In this document: positions 38,284 to 49,941 of the stretch, in pieces
Position numbering within the stretch: the first letter of the stretch is position 1
Layout of the letters: every line of letters starts with the position of its first letter
Source: Squalus acanthias
Lineage: Eukaryota
Direction of reading: 5' to 3'
Length of the DNA stretch: 64,000 nt
NCBI GenBank assembly: GCA_030390025.1
Contig: CM059431.1
Span: forward strand, 133,488,001-133,552,000
Translations under genes and position numbers: made by a program
The notes under the pieces: generated by a model
Database searches by the model: none
What the model was told of the DNA's origin: nothing
Seen by the model: the letters and a program-made list of their open reading frames with translations, nothing else

Positions 38284-38886
38284 GCCTCTACTTAATAGAC
38301 TATTAAGTAACTTAACAGAAATAAACTTAAGACTTAAAAAAAAAATCACCAGCTACTCACCAATCTGCTCCTTCCCTTGTGCTAACGTCACTTTAGGTTT
38401 TTTACCTCGCTCCCTGAAGCTCGCACTCCCTCCGGGCTCTGAGCTCTCGGGCCTACCTTTATCTGCAGCCGCTCCTCTCGCTCTCCCGCAGGTCCGCTCT
38501 CGTGCCTATTAACTTAGAGTCCTTGGGTTCTGTGGCTCCACTCCTCATTTTCAGTTAGACATCTCAACCACCTTCCTCCTCTCCACTGATTCCTGCTCTC
38601 ACCAAATTCTTCCACTCTGCTTGCAATCCACTCCATTTGCGTTCTCCCAGCTCTGTCTCCAAGCTCTGTGCTCAAGCTCTGTGCTTTTGCAAACTAGATA
38701 AATAGATTTTTGGACTCTAGGGGAATCAAGGGATATGGGGATTGGGCAGGAAAGTGGAGTTGAGGTCGAAGATCAGACATGATCTTATTGAACGGCGGAG
38801 CAGTTTCGAAGGGCCGTATGGCCTACTCCTGCTCCTAATTCTTATGTTCTTATGCCAAAAAGCCTGAGCATAATGTCAAGGAGCAT

Positions 38887-40873
38887 AGGTACTTAGGAAC
38901 AGGAGTAGGCCATTTAGCCCTCGAACATGTTCCGCCATTGAATGAGAGCACGGCTGATCTATGACCTAACTCCACATACCCACCTTTTCCCCATATCCCT
39001 TAATACCTTTGGTTAACAAAAATCTATCAATTTCAGATTTAAAATTAAAATTGACAATTGACCTAGCATCAACTGCCATTTGCGGAAGAGAATTCCAAAC
39101 TTTTACCACTCCTGAAAGATCTGGCTCTAATTTTTGGTCTACGTCCCTTCGTCCTAGACTTCCCAACCAGCGGAAATAATGGCTTGTATTTTCCGAGGCC
39201 TACGAGGTGTGTACGTGCCCGTAAGGGACCCGCAAGTTCCGGGTTTTCGCGCGTGAAGCACATGAATCTTCTTGACAGATCGTAGCCATCCCTGGGAAAA
39301 GGGCCTCCGCGGGCAGAGAGTTGGGCTATTTGCCCAACTACTGCTGAGCGAATGCCCGTGAAATTCTTACGCTGGTAAAAGCAAGCCTTTATCAGCGTAA
39401 GAGTTTAAATGAATATAAAAATAATTTTTTTTCAATTATTTAAACATTAAAACACCTGTAAAATAAGTTAAGGTTATTTTTAGTCACTTTAAAACATTTA
39501 AATTTATTTTTCAAAAAATAACATTTTTGTTTTAAATGTTTAATTAAATTGCATTTTAATTAATTTTAAATATGTAATTTTTTTTATTTATTTGTTATGT
39601 AAATGTGTTTTTTATGTGATCCTCATTCAGGCTTATGGGGTTTCCGTACATATGGAATCCCCATAAGCATGAATGGAGATCCCCCTTCTTTCATTGGTTG
39701 GGCCGGCCCACGTGATCTCAGGGGTGCTTGCGAACCACCTGCGCCCTGGGATACGTGGGCCTCTACCCACGGGTACCCAGGGAGGCCCACGACCGCGAGT
39801 CTCCGTGGATCCCAAGGCAGAAGGTAGACGCGGACTTTATTTGCGGGTCAGAGGCATTTCCCCGTGGAAGCCTCCGACCGCAAATTCAGGCCCAGTTTCT
39901 CTACATCAATTCCCCTTAATATCTTGAAAACTTCGAGCAAATCACCCACTAACTGTCTAAATTCCAGGGAATACAACCCTAGTTTGTGTAATCGCTCCTC
40001 ATAATTTAACCCTTGAGTCCGGGTATCATTCTGGTAAACCTACGCTGCACTCCTCCAAGGCCAATATATCTTTCCTCAGGTGTGGTGCCCAGAACTGCTC
40101 ACAGTGCTCCAGGTGTGGTCTAACCAGGCTTTGTATAGCTTCTATCCCCTTGTATTCTAACGCTCTAGATATAACAGCCAGCATTCCATTAGCCTTTTGA
40201 TTATTTTCTGTACCTGTCCATGACATTTTAATGATCTACGTACCTGGACCCCCAAGTCTCTTTGGACCTCCACTGTTTCTAACTTTTCACCATTTAGAAA
40301 GTACTCTGATCTATCCTTTTTAGGTCCAAAATGGATGACCTCACTCTTGCCTACATTTGCCACAACTTTACCCATTCGCTTAATCTATTAATTTCTCTTT
40401 GCAACTTTATGCTTCCATCTACACTGCTTACAATGCTGCCTATCTTTGTGTCATCGGCAAAGTTGGATATGTGGCTCTCCATCCCATCATCTAAGTCGTT
40501 AATAAATATGGTAAATAGTTGAGGCCCCAACGCAGATCCCTGCCGGACACCACTAGTCACATCCTGTCAATTAGCGTACTTACCCATTATCCCGACTCTG
40601 TCTCCTGCCACTCAGCCAATTTCCTAACCAGGTCAATAATTTTCCTTCAATTCCGTGGGCTTCAACTTTAGCGAACAGCCTTCTGGAAGTCCATATAAAT
40701 AACATCCATCGACACTCTCTTGTTCACTACATTATTCACTTCTTAAAAAAATTCAATCAGGTTTGTCAGGCATGATCTACCCTTTACAAATCATGCTGGC
40801 TCTCTCTAATCAACGGAAAATTTTCAAGGTGTTCAGTCACTCTATCCTTAATTATAGACTCTAGTAATTTCCC
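38887..40873 (-). mobile_element. Decayed CR1 LINE with a nested MITE
   Basis: RT motifs GVRQGSALGP and FADDTKI; TSD AGCAT (38882-86 and 40874-78). Confidence 0.9.
39180..39893. mobile_element. Harbinger-type MITE with AT-rich core
   Basis: Right end CAAATTCAGGCCC; GC-rich arms and AT-rich core resemble 58103-60064; interrupts CR1 sequence. Confidence 0.7.
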
Positions 40874-42049
40874 AGCATGGAGGAGTACAGCTCCAATTGG
40901 GCACAGGGCTTTGCCCAGAGCTTGGAGTCCATACTTTCAAACATGGAACGGGTGGTCACCTCCATCAGCACACCTGTGGAACCCACCATGATGCAGCGTC
41001 TGATGGCCAATGTCGCAACTTCCACTGCAGCACAAACAGGTTTGAGTGCTGCATTGGAATCTCAGACTACTGTCTTGCAAGCTCAGACTGCTGCGATCGT
41101 GGTTCTGGATATCACTGTTCAAAGGGACTTGCAGGGCGCTACAACAGTCCATCAATCTGTTCTCTAACAGATCAGTAGGATTGCTGAGGCACCGCTCTGG
41201 GAGCGTTGCAGTGGTTCCATGGAACAGGAACCTGCTTTCCTCTCTCAGGATGACAGCATTCTTGCCCCCACCCACTGCCACTGTACCAGTGCCCTTGCTG
41301 CTGCCTGTCAGCCAACCAGCCCAGACTGCTGCGGCCCAGGCTGAGATGGTGCAGCCTGAAGCTGGGCCTTCTAGGCCCAGAGCTGCTTGAGGTCATCCTC
41401 CAAGGCCCTCTGCAGTCTCCTCAATTGAAGGTCAGCAGCCTTCCACCACCTATGCTGCAGCCACTGGGGAAGAACCTCATAGGAGCACTATGAGAGGCAA
41501 AGGAAGACAGGCACTAAGGGAATGCACAAAGGTGATTTGTTTCATTTTTGTCCGCATTATTTAGTGAGTGAATTTATAAAACTGTGCTTGAATTTGCATT
41601 TAATGGTGGCTTTTATTTTTGTGTTGTCAGAAAGAGGATGATGTGATGGTCATTGATAGTGGAAAGGTAAGGATTGTGGGACTGTTGATGAATGGGGAGG
41701 TGTAGTTGAGGTTACTGGTATCACTTGTGAATAATCTAATCATGTAGAGCCTGGGCTGAAGGGGGCTGTCCATGTTGTAGCCTCCCTTCCTCTTCCTCTT
41801 CCTCCTCCAATTCCTCCCTCTTCTAGGAGCTTGGCCTCTGCTCTGCGTTGTCTCTTTTCATTCTCCTCAGTCATGTTCAATTTCCAGAGGAAGCAAGCTG
41901 CCGGTGGTCGTTAGGCGCATGCCTGGCAAACACCTTTACCAAGATGGCGTCCTGTACACTTCCCGTTGGAAGTTTGTGCGCGCATCTCGGACCCCGTTTT
42001 TGAATCTTATGTGGCCACGTGGCATCTAAAAACCAGTTTAGCCTCCAAT

Positions 42050-42315
42050 AAATCTTATAGCACACACAGAGGTGATCCAGTCCATCGTAGCTGTACTGGC
42101 TGTTTGAAAGAGCTAACCAATTAGTCCTACTCTCTCACTCTTTCCCCATAACCCTGTAAATTATTCCTTTTCAAGTATATATCAATTCCCTTTGGAAAGT
42201 TACTATTGAATTTGCTTCCACCTCCCTTTCAGGCGGTGCATGCCAGATCATCACTACATAAAAAGAATTCTCCTCATCTCCCCTTTGGTTCATTTGCCAA
42301 TAATCTTAAATCTCT
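42050..42315 (-). mobile_element. CR1 3' end fragment
   Basis: Similar to the CR1 3' regions at 35290-35560 and 56270-56600. Confidence 0.75.
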
Positions 42316-44385
42316 GGCCTAGAAATTGGCTCACTTACCGGCACGAGTTTTCACCACAATCTGGTCCAAAAATGGTGGCCGCCACTCTAGCGCCCTTCTC
42401 TGGTGCAGGACTCAGCGGCCGCCATTTTGGTGAGGGCCGTAGCGCTCCCGATAGCAGCACTGGCCTTGGAGATGTAAATTAAGAGGGTGACGTGCATGCT
42501 GACTTAACGTCACCTCAGCGAACTTGGACCTTAGCGTTGAGTTCAGCGCAGGGTCCTAAGCTTGCCATGAAAACCCAGCGTTCAGCAGACTGACAGAGGC
42601 GCTGTCAGCACCTCTTAAAGGGAAACACACATCTTTCAGGTAAGTTTGCATTTCAGCTTTTGGTCTGGACTTTTTTTATTTTATTAAAATAGTGGCTTGG
42701 TGCAATACATTTTAAAAGTTTTTTTTAAGTATGCAGGGAGTGCTGCTGGACACCTACAAGGCCTCGGATGGTAAAGGAAAGCCTCTGAGAAGACAGAAAA
42801 TGCTGGAAATACTCAGCAGGTCAGGCAACATCCATGGAGAGAAACAGAGTTCACGTCTCAGGTCAAGATGCTGCCTGACCTGCTGAGTATTTCCAGCATT
42901 TTATGCTTTTATTTCAGATTTACAGCATCTGCTCGCAGAGGGAAGAGGAAGACGCAGAAGAGGAAGAAGCGAAAAGAAGAATGCAACACAGACAGCTCCT
43001 TTCTGGCCGGGATATCCGGGATGGAATCATCCGCCTGCAATACCAGTGACCACAACCCCAATTCCTCTTTCAACATTTTTCCTACACCTTACCTTCCCTC
43101 TGTTACTGACCATCACAGCGTCCTCTTGGCCACAATGCTGAAATAAAAGCCACCACAAAGCAAACTTTCCAATCCAACTTTATACATCTAGCCATCCAAA
43201 ATGACATCAAGAAATCAACTCATCACCCTTATGCATTCCCTTAGTGACTGTCTTGTGTGTGCCTTTGCCTAACCTGCTGATGTCATGCAGTGCTATCCCA
43301 ATGGCTGCAGCATGGCTGGTGGAAGGCTGCTGACTTTCAATGGGGGACACTGTAAATGGCCTTCCTGGTCGACCTTGAGGAGCTGGTGGCTGGGAGTGTG
43401 AAATCACGTGACGGTGTTTCTTCTTCTTCTTCTTCACTCTCCTCTCCCTCTTCTTGGTCAACCACTGGCTGGGCAGGCGGCGTTTCTTGGGTGTGTGAAA
43501 TGAGGAAGGCATAAGGGTGGAGTTGTGGTGATGGGAGGGCAGGAAAGCAAGAGGTGCATGCCAGAAAGAGGATAACATATGAGGATACCAGCATCTTGTA
43601 CCCTTTCAGCCCTGCCGCTGGCCAAGGGCTCAGCCATGCCCCTGCCAAGAATGCCCAGGGGGGTGAGGTGAAGCTAGGAATGGGAGGTGTGCCTCATGAT
43701 TGGTACAGATTGTTGGTAGATGAGTGATTGGGGGGGGGGGGGGGGGGGGTGGAGTCATGCATTGAGCAGTGTGTGAGGCTAGAAACATAGAAACATAGAA
43801 TCTAGGAGCAGGAGTAGGCCATTCGGCCCGTCGAGCCTGCTCCGCCATTCAATACGATCATGGCTGATCATCCAAATCCAGTACCCTGTCCCTGCTTTAA
43901 TCCCCACAGTACACATATCCCACCCTACCCCCGTAACCCCACGTATTTAATTCCCCCTAACATATCCCATCCTATCCCCATAACCCCACATATTTAATCC
44001 CCCCTAACACTAAGGGTCAATTTATCATAGCCAAATCAACCTAACCCACACATTTTTGGACTGTGGGAGGAAACCGGAGCACCCGGAGGAAACCCACGCA
44101 GACACGGGGAGAATGCGCAAACTCCACACAGACAGTCACCCGAGGTCAGGTTCGAACCCGGGTCTCTGGCGCTGTGAGGCACCAGTGCTAACCACTATGC
44201 CACCGTGTTGCCCTGCTAGTGGTGCAGTTGGTAGGAGACAGCTTTTGAAGATGCATTCACTGACCTTGACCAGTGGTCAGAGGTCATGAAGCTTCTTTGG
44301 GCACTGGAGCCGGGAGGGGGGGGGGGGAGGTGGGGGGGGGGGGGGCGGTGGGGGGGTAACACTGCTGGCAGTGATCCTGGCGGCC
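42316..44385 (-). mobile_element. Non-autonomous Harbinger E (same family as B), right part lost
   Basis: TIR GGCCTAGAAATTG; collinear with 21140-23570 including the captured Penelope-derived repeat and the Myb exons. Confidence 0.85.
43783..44214 (-). mobile_element. HE1-type V-SINE with CR1-derived tail
   Basis: A box TGGCATAGTGG, B box GGTTCGAACC, V domain TGTGGAGTTTGCGCATTCTCCCCGTGTCTGCGTGGGTTTCCTCCGGGTGCTCCGGTTTCCTCCCAC; tail matches CR1 8700-8820; TSD GCTAG. Confidence 0.95.
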
Positions 44386-44860
44386 TCACAAGTGGATTGT
44401 TTACTAACAGCTGCAGCTCCACCATTAAAAAGGAGTTTTCACCAATGATCATTTGCAGGTGGCAGAACTTTGTTGTCTCAGGTCTGGGGGAACTTTTAGC
44501 AGGCCTACTCATTGTTGTGGAAGTTTGGAGCCTGACACCCATCTCCAGTGTGACCTCCTGGGAAACCCCTCTCCCCACCTTGACTGAGCGCTTCCTCAAC
44601 TGAGGCATATACCAGAAGCATGGAAACCATTTATTTCCTTTCCTCCTGGACATCAGATTCGGACGAAGACCAGCCGTGGCAGCAGCAGAACCATGAACAA
44701 CAGCAGCACCAACAGCAGCAGCAACAACAGGAGCGCCAAGCTGCTGCTCACCCACCTGAAGCTGCACAGGCCAGAAGGTGCCAGCGCACGACTACATTGC
44801 TGCCCGGGATGCAAGGGACGCACTCATGGCGGCGAGATTTGCTTAGCCTACACAATCATA

Positions 44861-45725
44861 GGGGGAAAAATTCAGTTGGTTGAGCCTCCCGTTAGCACCT
44901 TAAGAGGGCGCTAATGGGGTGCAAAGCAGCGAGCGCCCGGGTGCGGCGATGTTTGCACCGCTCGTGAAATTAACTAGACATTTTGCGGCGGCGCTAAACA
45001 CTACCGCCACGATCTCCTGCGCCGGCAGATCGTGACGTCAGTCGAGTGTGCAACGCCCCGGTATCGCCCCGGAGCGGATATTGAGTGGCAACAACAGGTT
45101 GAGGGGAGCGTTTTGCAGTCAGGAATGGACTGGGGGAGCGCTATTTAAAGGCGACTGCTTCCTGCCTTTTATTGTTGGTGACATTTTTGAACCACGCATT
45201 CTGAGAGAGAGAGAGAGAGACTTCTGGAGAGATTCAATGCTGTGTGAAGGAGTTTTGGGTACTGAGCAGCACTTTGCAGGTTCATTTTGATTTGCCCTTC
45301 CTTGTATCGATTTAGAAGAGACTGTGTGGGCTGCACTCTGAGCTCTTTCCCTGGTACTCTCCATTGTTCTTTCCAGCAGATTTGATGTGCAGGTCTCTCC
45401 AGGCCGAGATTCAAGGCTGCAATGAGCAGGATGTGGATGGAAAGCAAGATCAACCCTCCCCTTTAAGAACTGGCCCGCGCCATTGTGTGTGTGTTCCATT
45501 GCTGACTGACATCACATGAACTTCGCCAGCGCTCTGAGGTAGCGCCTCGCTCCTTGGCCTTTGCGCCTTAAGACAGGTGTGAAGCGCCTGATTTCGCGCT
45601 CCAATCACCTCCAGGGGCGATAAAAGTCAAGTTTGCAGTCGGAGGCGATAATTAGCGCCAGGCGATAATCTTTGCGCCCGGCCGATAATTGCGCCCCAAA
45701 TGGGTCGCTACTGAATTTCTCCCCC
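44861..45725. mobile_element. Harbinger MITE, 865 bp
   Basis: TIRs GGGGGAAAAATTCAG and CTGAATTTCTCCCCC; TSD ATA on both sides. Confidence 0.95.
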
Positions 45726-46270
45726 ATACACTTTTGCCTCGTACCTTCTTACCAGAGCATTGACAATGGACAAGAACCTATGGATTCCTATCACTCTGAC
45801 CACCATACTGACAATTGCAAGTCGCTCTAAGCCCTCAATGTGGAAGTCCCATTTGCGAAATGACACAGGCCACAACTTCAACAGTTTGCCATCAGAATTT
45901 TTTATCACAACAAGCAACTGATGGCATTTCAAAAATAAACACAACATAACACCCAAGTGACTACCCTTGTGACTACTTGTGCACTTTCTTCCTCTTGCGC
46001 GTGCTCCTACATCGTGCTTCCCCTGTGGCTTCAGCAGATGTGGAGGCCCCTTGCTCACTTTCTTGCTGCTCCTGTCTCGACACCTTTGGCGGCCGTCCTC
46101 TGGGGTGGCGAACCTGTGAGGGCTCGGCAACAGTCTGCTGCTCCTGCGGCTGTGCAGGGGATGAGACGCCCATCTCAGTTGGGTGAGGACTCTGGTGGGG
46201 CTCTGACCGAGGGCTTTGCAGTGGCATGGTTGTGTGAGCGCTTGGAGAGGAGCCCCCACTTCCTTGTTGT

Positions 46271-46422
46271 CTGCCACCAACATCCCTCTCATGGGTCAGC
46301 CCCACTTCAGAGCTAGCAAGTGGCTGGACAGCACCTTGCTGCACTTCTGCCACCAACATCCCTCTCATGGGTCAGCCCCACTTCAGAGCTAGCAAGTGGC
46401 TTGACAACACCTTGCTGCACTT
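46271..46422. repeat. 76-bp tandem duplication in Myb exon 3
   Basis: Two near-identical units starting CTGCCACCAACATCCC at 46271 and 46347. Confidence 0.95.
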
Positions 46423-47990
46423 CAGGGGGGCCATAAGGACCCGTTTCTGCACTGGAAGTCCTACTCCAGAGGACTTCCATGAAGGTCTGGTTTCTATGCT
46501 CAATAGCTGACCATCGCTCCTCAAGAGATGCCAGTCTATTCTGAACAATGACCATGTTTTCAACACTCTGGCGACTTAGCTCCTCCATGGCCATAGCCAT
46601 CCTCTCCTCTACCGTAGCCATCCTTTCCACGGAGTTGGCCATCCTTTCCGTGGTGATGCGTTCATGCGCCAATGCCTCCACAAAGGCTCTGCTCATGTTT
46701 GCGATGGACTCCTCCATTCGCTTCACACTCGCAGCGACCCTGGAGACAAAACCTGCCAGAGACTCCTGCACCTGTTCCTGGAGTACCAGCACCGTTCTCC
46801 TTCTGGATGGACCCGGAGGCACAGGGTCGACATGCAGCTGAGCCAAGCTGGCAGATTCCTGCGCCCTCCGACGAGGATTCTCCACTGCTGTCCCTGTCTC
46901 CACCATCTGCTGATGCTCACTTGTGAGCTGTGATACATCAGGTGACAACACTACACTATCTCGCGAAGGTCCCACCGAGGTGTGAGTATCTGCGCTGGTG
47001 CTGGGTGCGCTGAATTCTGCTGACGCTGCGCCCTCAGAGGTTGCAGCTTCCTCTGAGGAGTCTTGAAGCTCAGGATGTTCCTCCTGGACAGTGGGGACGG
47101 GGGCTGTCGATGGTCCTGTGGGGGAGTAAAGGAAAGAGTTAGAGATGTGAGGTAAAGGTTGCATGCACATTGAATTGTGCAGATGATCATAAGTCAATCT
47201 GTTAGAGCATCAGAATCATAATCAGTCACTCATGCAATGTCTTTGAGAGAGATACCAAACTATTCTGTCACCAGCTTGCTGTGATGCGCCCGTCTGTCCG
47301 TCTCCCACTTGCGAATCTTCCTCAACACCGGCGATTTCCAGGGCCGCCTCCTCCAAGGTGGTGAGCTGGGCTACTGAGGGTGGCCCTCCTCCTGTCCTCG
47401 CTCTTTCCCTCTTATTGTGAGCTCTCTTTTCCTGAAATGAGGGAGACAAGTGGAGTTTGAGTGAGAATGAAGGAGTGAGTGTAGAGAATCCATAGCATAG
47501 ATGCTTAGAAGGAGACAAAGGGCCCTCCCTGTGTGTTGTAAGTTGTTGTCATTGCGTCACAGTGATAGGGAGTGTGAGGGCTGCATGGTCGAATAGTTAA
47601 GTGAATGTGACCATAGAGAGAGAGGGAATGGGTAAGGGTGCAGGGATGTCGGTGTCAAGTGGGATGTGGAGGAAGAGGTTGACAAAGCTGAGTGCTGGTG
47701 AGGAGAGGTGATGGGGATCAGATTGAGGGTGACGAGAAAGTCATACTCACTTTTCCTGTGCGCAGAAAGTCATGAAACCTCTTCCTGCACTGCAGCCAAG
47801 TTCTGCGGCACATAGAGATGGAGTTGACCTCCTGGGCCACTTGCATCCACACAGCTTTAGTTTGCTGGGGAGGCTTTTTCCTCCCTGAGGAAGGGAAGAG
47901 CACCTCCTTATTTGATCTTGCTCCCTCCACCAGAGCTTGGAGGGAGTCCTCATCGAACCTTGGAGCACACTTTGACCTACTGCTGGACAT
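46313..47990 (-). CDS. Spliced Harbinger Myb/SANT-like (MSANTD/NAIF1-type) protein, about 400 aa; exons 47990-47751, 47431-47272, 47115-46313
   Basis: GT-AG introns with matching phases (0 and 1). PRFDEDSLQALV...W...RTWLQCRKRFHDF / EKRAHNKRERARTGGGPP. No stops until the duplication-induced frameshift. Confidence 0.7.
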
Positions 47991-48270
47991 AGTTGCTGAA
48001 TGAAGCGATCACAACAATGGGCAAAAAGTTTAAAGTCTCCAGAAGAAGCAAGGCTGCTTGCAGGCCTTAAATCCAGCAGCATTGATGACGTCATTGGAGA
48101 TGACTTTCTGTATGAAAACACTCATTGGGCCAGGGGTTTCCACACGCTGGAAATCAATTGCCCAATTATGGCAAAATCGCACTTTTTTCCCACTTCACAT
48201 CGGAGTCGGGGTCCTGACACGAAAACCACCTGACACGCCCCAGCCCGCCCCCAATGGCAAAATCGAGCCC

Positions 48271-49590
48271 TATACCTCTATTTATAAAGCTAAGGATCTC
48301 ATAAGTTTTTTTAACAGCTTTATCAACTTGTCCTGGCACCTTCAAAGATTTGTGTATGTGAACCCCCAGGTCGCTGTTTCTGCACCCCTTTAAAATTGTA
48401 TCATTTAGTTTATATTGCCTCTCCTCATTCGTCCTCCTAAATGCATTACTTCACATTTCTCCGCATTAAATTTTATCTGCCATGTGTCTGTCCATTTTAC
48501 CAGTTTGTCAATGTCCTCCTGAAGTGTGCTACCGTCCTCCTCATTGCTTACTACAAGTTTTGTGTCAAATACAAAGTTTGAAATTGTGCCCCCTATACCC
48601 AAGTCCAGGTCATTAATATACATCAAAAAGAGCAATGGTTCTAATATCGACCACTGGGGGACACCACTGTATACTTCACTCCAGTCTGAAAAACAACCAT
48701 TCACCACTATTCTCTGCTTTCTATCACTTAGCTAATTCTGAATCCACGCTGCCACTGCCCCTTTATTCCACGGGCTTCGATTTTGCTAACAAGTCTATTG
48801 AGCGGCACTTTCTCAAACACCTTTTGAAAGTCCATATACATAACAGCAACTGCACTACCTTCATCAACTCCCTTCCTTATTTCATCGAAGAACTCAATGA
48901 AGTTTGTCAGGCATGATTTCCCATTAACAAATCCGTATTGGCTGTCATTTATTAACCTATGTTTTTCCAAGTGATAATTAATTTTGATCTTGATTATGGG
49001 CTCTAGATGTTTCCCCACCACTAACGTTTGGCTTGTAGTTACTGGGTTTATAATCTCTCTCCTTTTTGAACAGGGGTGTAACATTTGAAACCCTCCAGTC
49101 CTCTGGAATCACTCCCATATCCAAGGAGGATTGAAACATTGTGGCCAGAGCCTTTGCTATTTCCACCCTTACTTCCCTCAGCAACACAGGATGCATCCTA
49201 TTCGGACCAGATGGCTTTTCTACTTTCAGTGCTGACATCCTTTTAAATATCTCCTCTTTATTTATTTTTATCCTATGCAATTTCTCTACCCCATCCTCCT
49301 TTAGTGTGACATTGGCAGCATCCTCTTCTTTTATGAAGACAGATGCAAAGTACTCATTCAGTACCTTTGCCTTGCCCTCTGCCTCCACAAAAAGATTTCC
49401 TATGTGACCCCACCCTGCTTTTGACTATTCTTTTATTTTTTATATGTTTATAAAAGTCTTTAGTATTCCCTTTTATGTTACCTGCTAATCTTTTCTCATA
49501 CACTTTCTTTGCCCCTCTTATTTCCATTTTCGGTTCACCTCTGCAGTTTCTGCATTCTCTACTGCATTATGAACCTGACATTCATTATAA
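48271..49590 (-). mobile_element. Decayed CR1 LINE (linker plus RT)
   Basis: VLNEYFASVF, YMDFQK and SGVPQ motifs; cut after ATAAATAGAGGTATA by Harbinger F. Confidence 0.9.
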
Positions 49591-49941
49591 GCTTCCTTTT
49601 CAATTGCACCACAGAACATGTCTCATCATAAACAGTCCCTCTACCAAGCATAGCAACAGGCAACCCAGGAAACGTAGGCACTGACACAGAGAAGTAAGCG
49701 CAGGGTGAGTCACACTATCTACAATCATTTCCATGGTTGAGGAGGAGCAGGTGTTGTTGACATTACAAGAACTGTCTGCCACACAAGATTAGCCTCCAAG
49801 AAATGTGGCACATTTATTGATGTCGGCAGCTGGGCTGTGTGAAAACAAACAGTTTTAATTTTCACACAACTACAAAATGACAAAATGGAAAATATTTCTA
49901 TTGCAAAGCTAAAGAAAATTTTCAGCAAGCTTGGAGAAGTA

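Larger units (their letters stand above)
35274..38694 (-). mobile_element. CR1 LINE with 5' UTR and ORF1 but a large internal ORF2 deletion
   Basis: ORF1, EN N-terminus (YVNARSVVNK, AITETWL), a jump into mid-RT at about 36876, then 3' end with (TTCTATGA)n; apparent TSD AGAT. Confidence 0.9.
30687..38852 (+). mobile_element. CR1 LINE (5'-truncated) interrupted by L2, Harbinger D and another CR1
   Basis: Collinear pieces at 30687-31926, 33021-33319, 35135-35273 and 38695-38852; TSD TGC (30684-86 and 38853-55). Confidence 0.85.
27363..42046 (+). mobile_element. Non-autonomous Harbinger C inflated by about 12 kb of nested insertions
   Basis: Termini GGGGGTTAAATTGG and CCAGTTTAGCCTCC. The Myb gene can be followed across insertions: 27660-27897, 28184-28200, 30040-30686, 38853-38886, 40874-41530. 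Only the acidic tail of the transposase remains (41700-41880). Confidence 0.85.
44386..48270 (-). mobile_element. Harbinger F (second family): Myb gene near-intact, transposase reduced to a Q-rich N-terminus
   Basis: Terminus GGCAAAATCGAGCCC|TAT at 48270; the 44620 ORF resembles the 34501 ORF; the other terminus is missing. Confidence 0.8.

Noticed and set aside
44140..44214. tRNA gene (also 4515-4587)
   Set aside because: The A and B boxes belong to SINE heads followed by V or Deu domains and LINE tails; no full cloverleaf.
43729..44357. Long G runs as functional G-quadruplexes
   Set aside because: Absent from sibling element B; likely slippage or homopolymer sequencing error.
34259..44883. 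Poly-Q host proteins (ORFs 34259-34501 and 44620-44883)
   Set aside because: Their position matches the transposase 5' end of the second Harbinger family; short and truncated.
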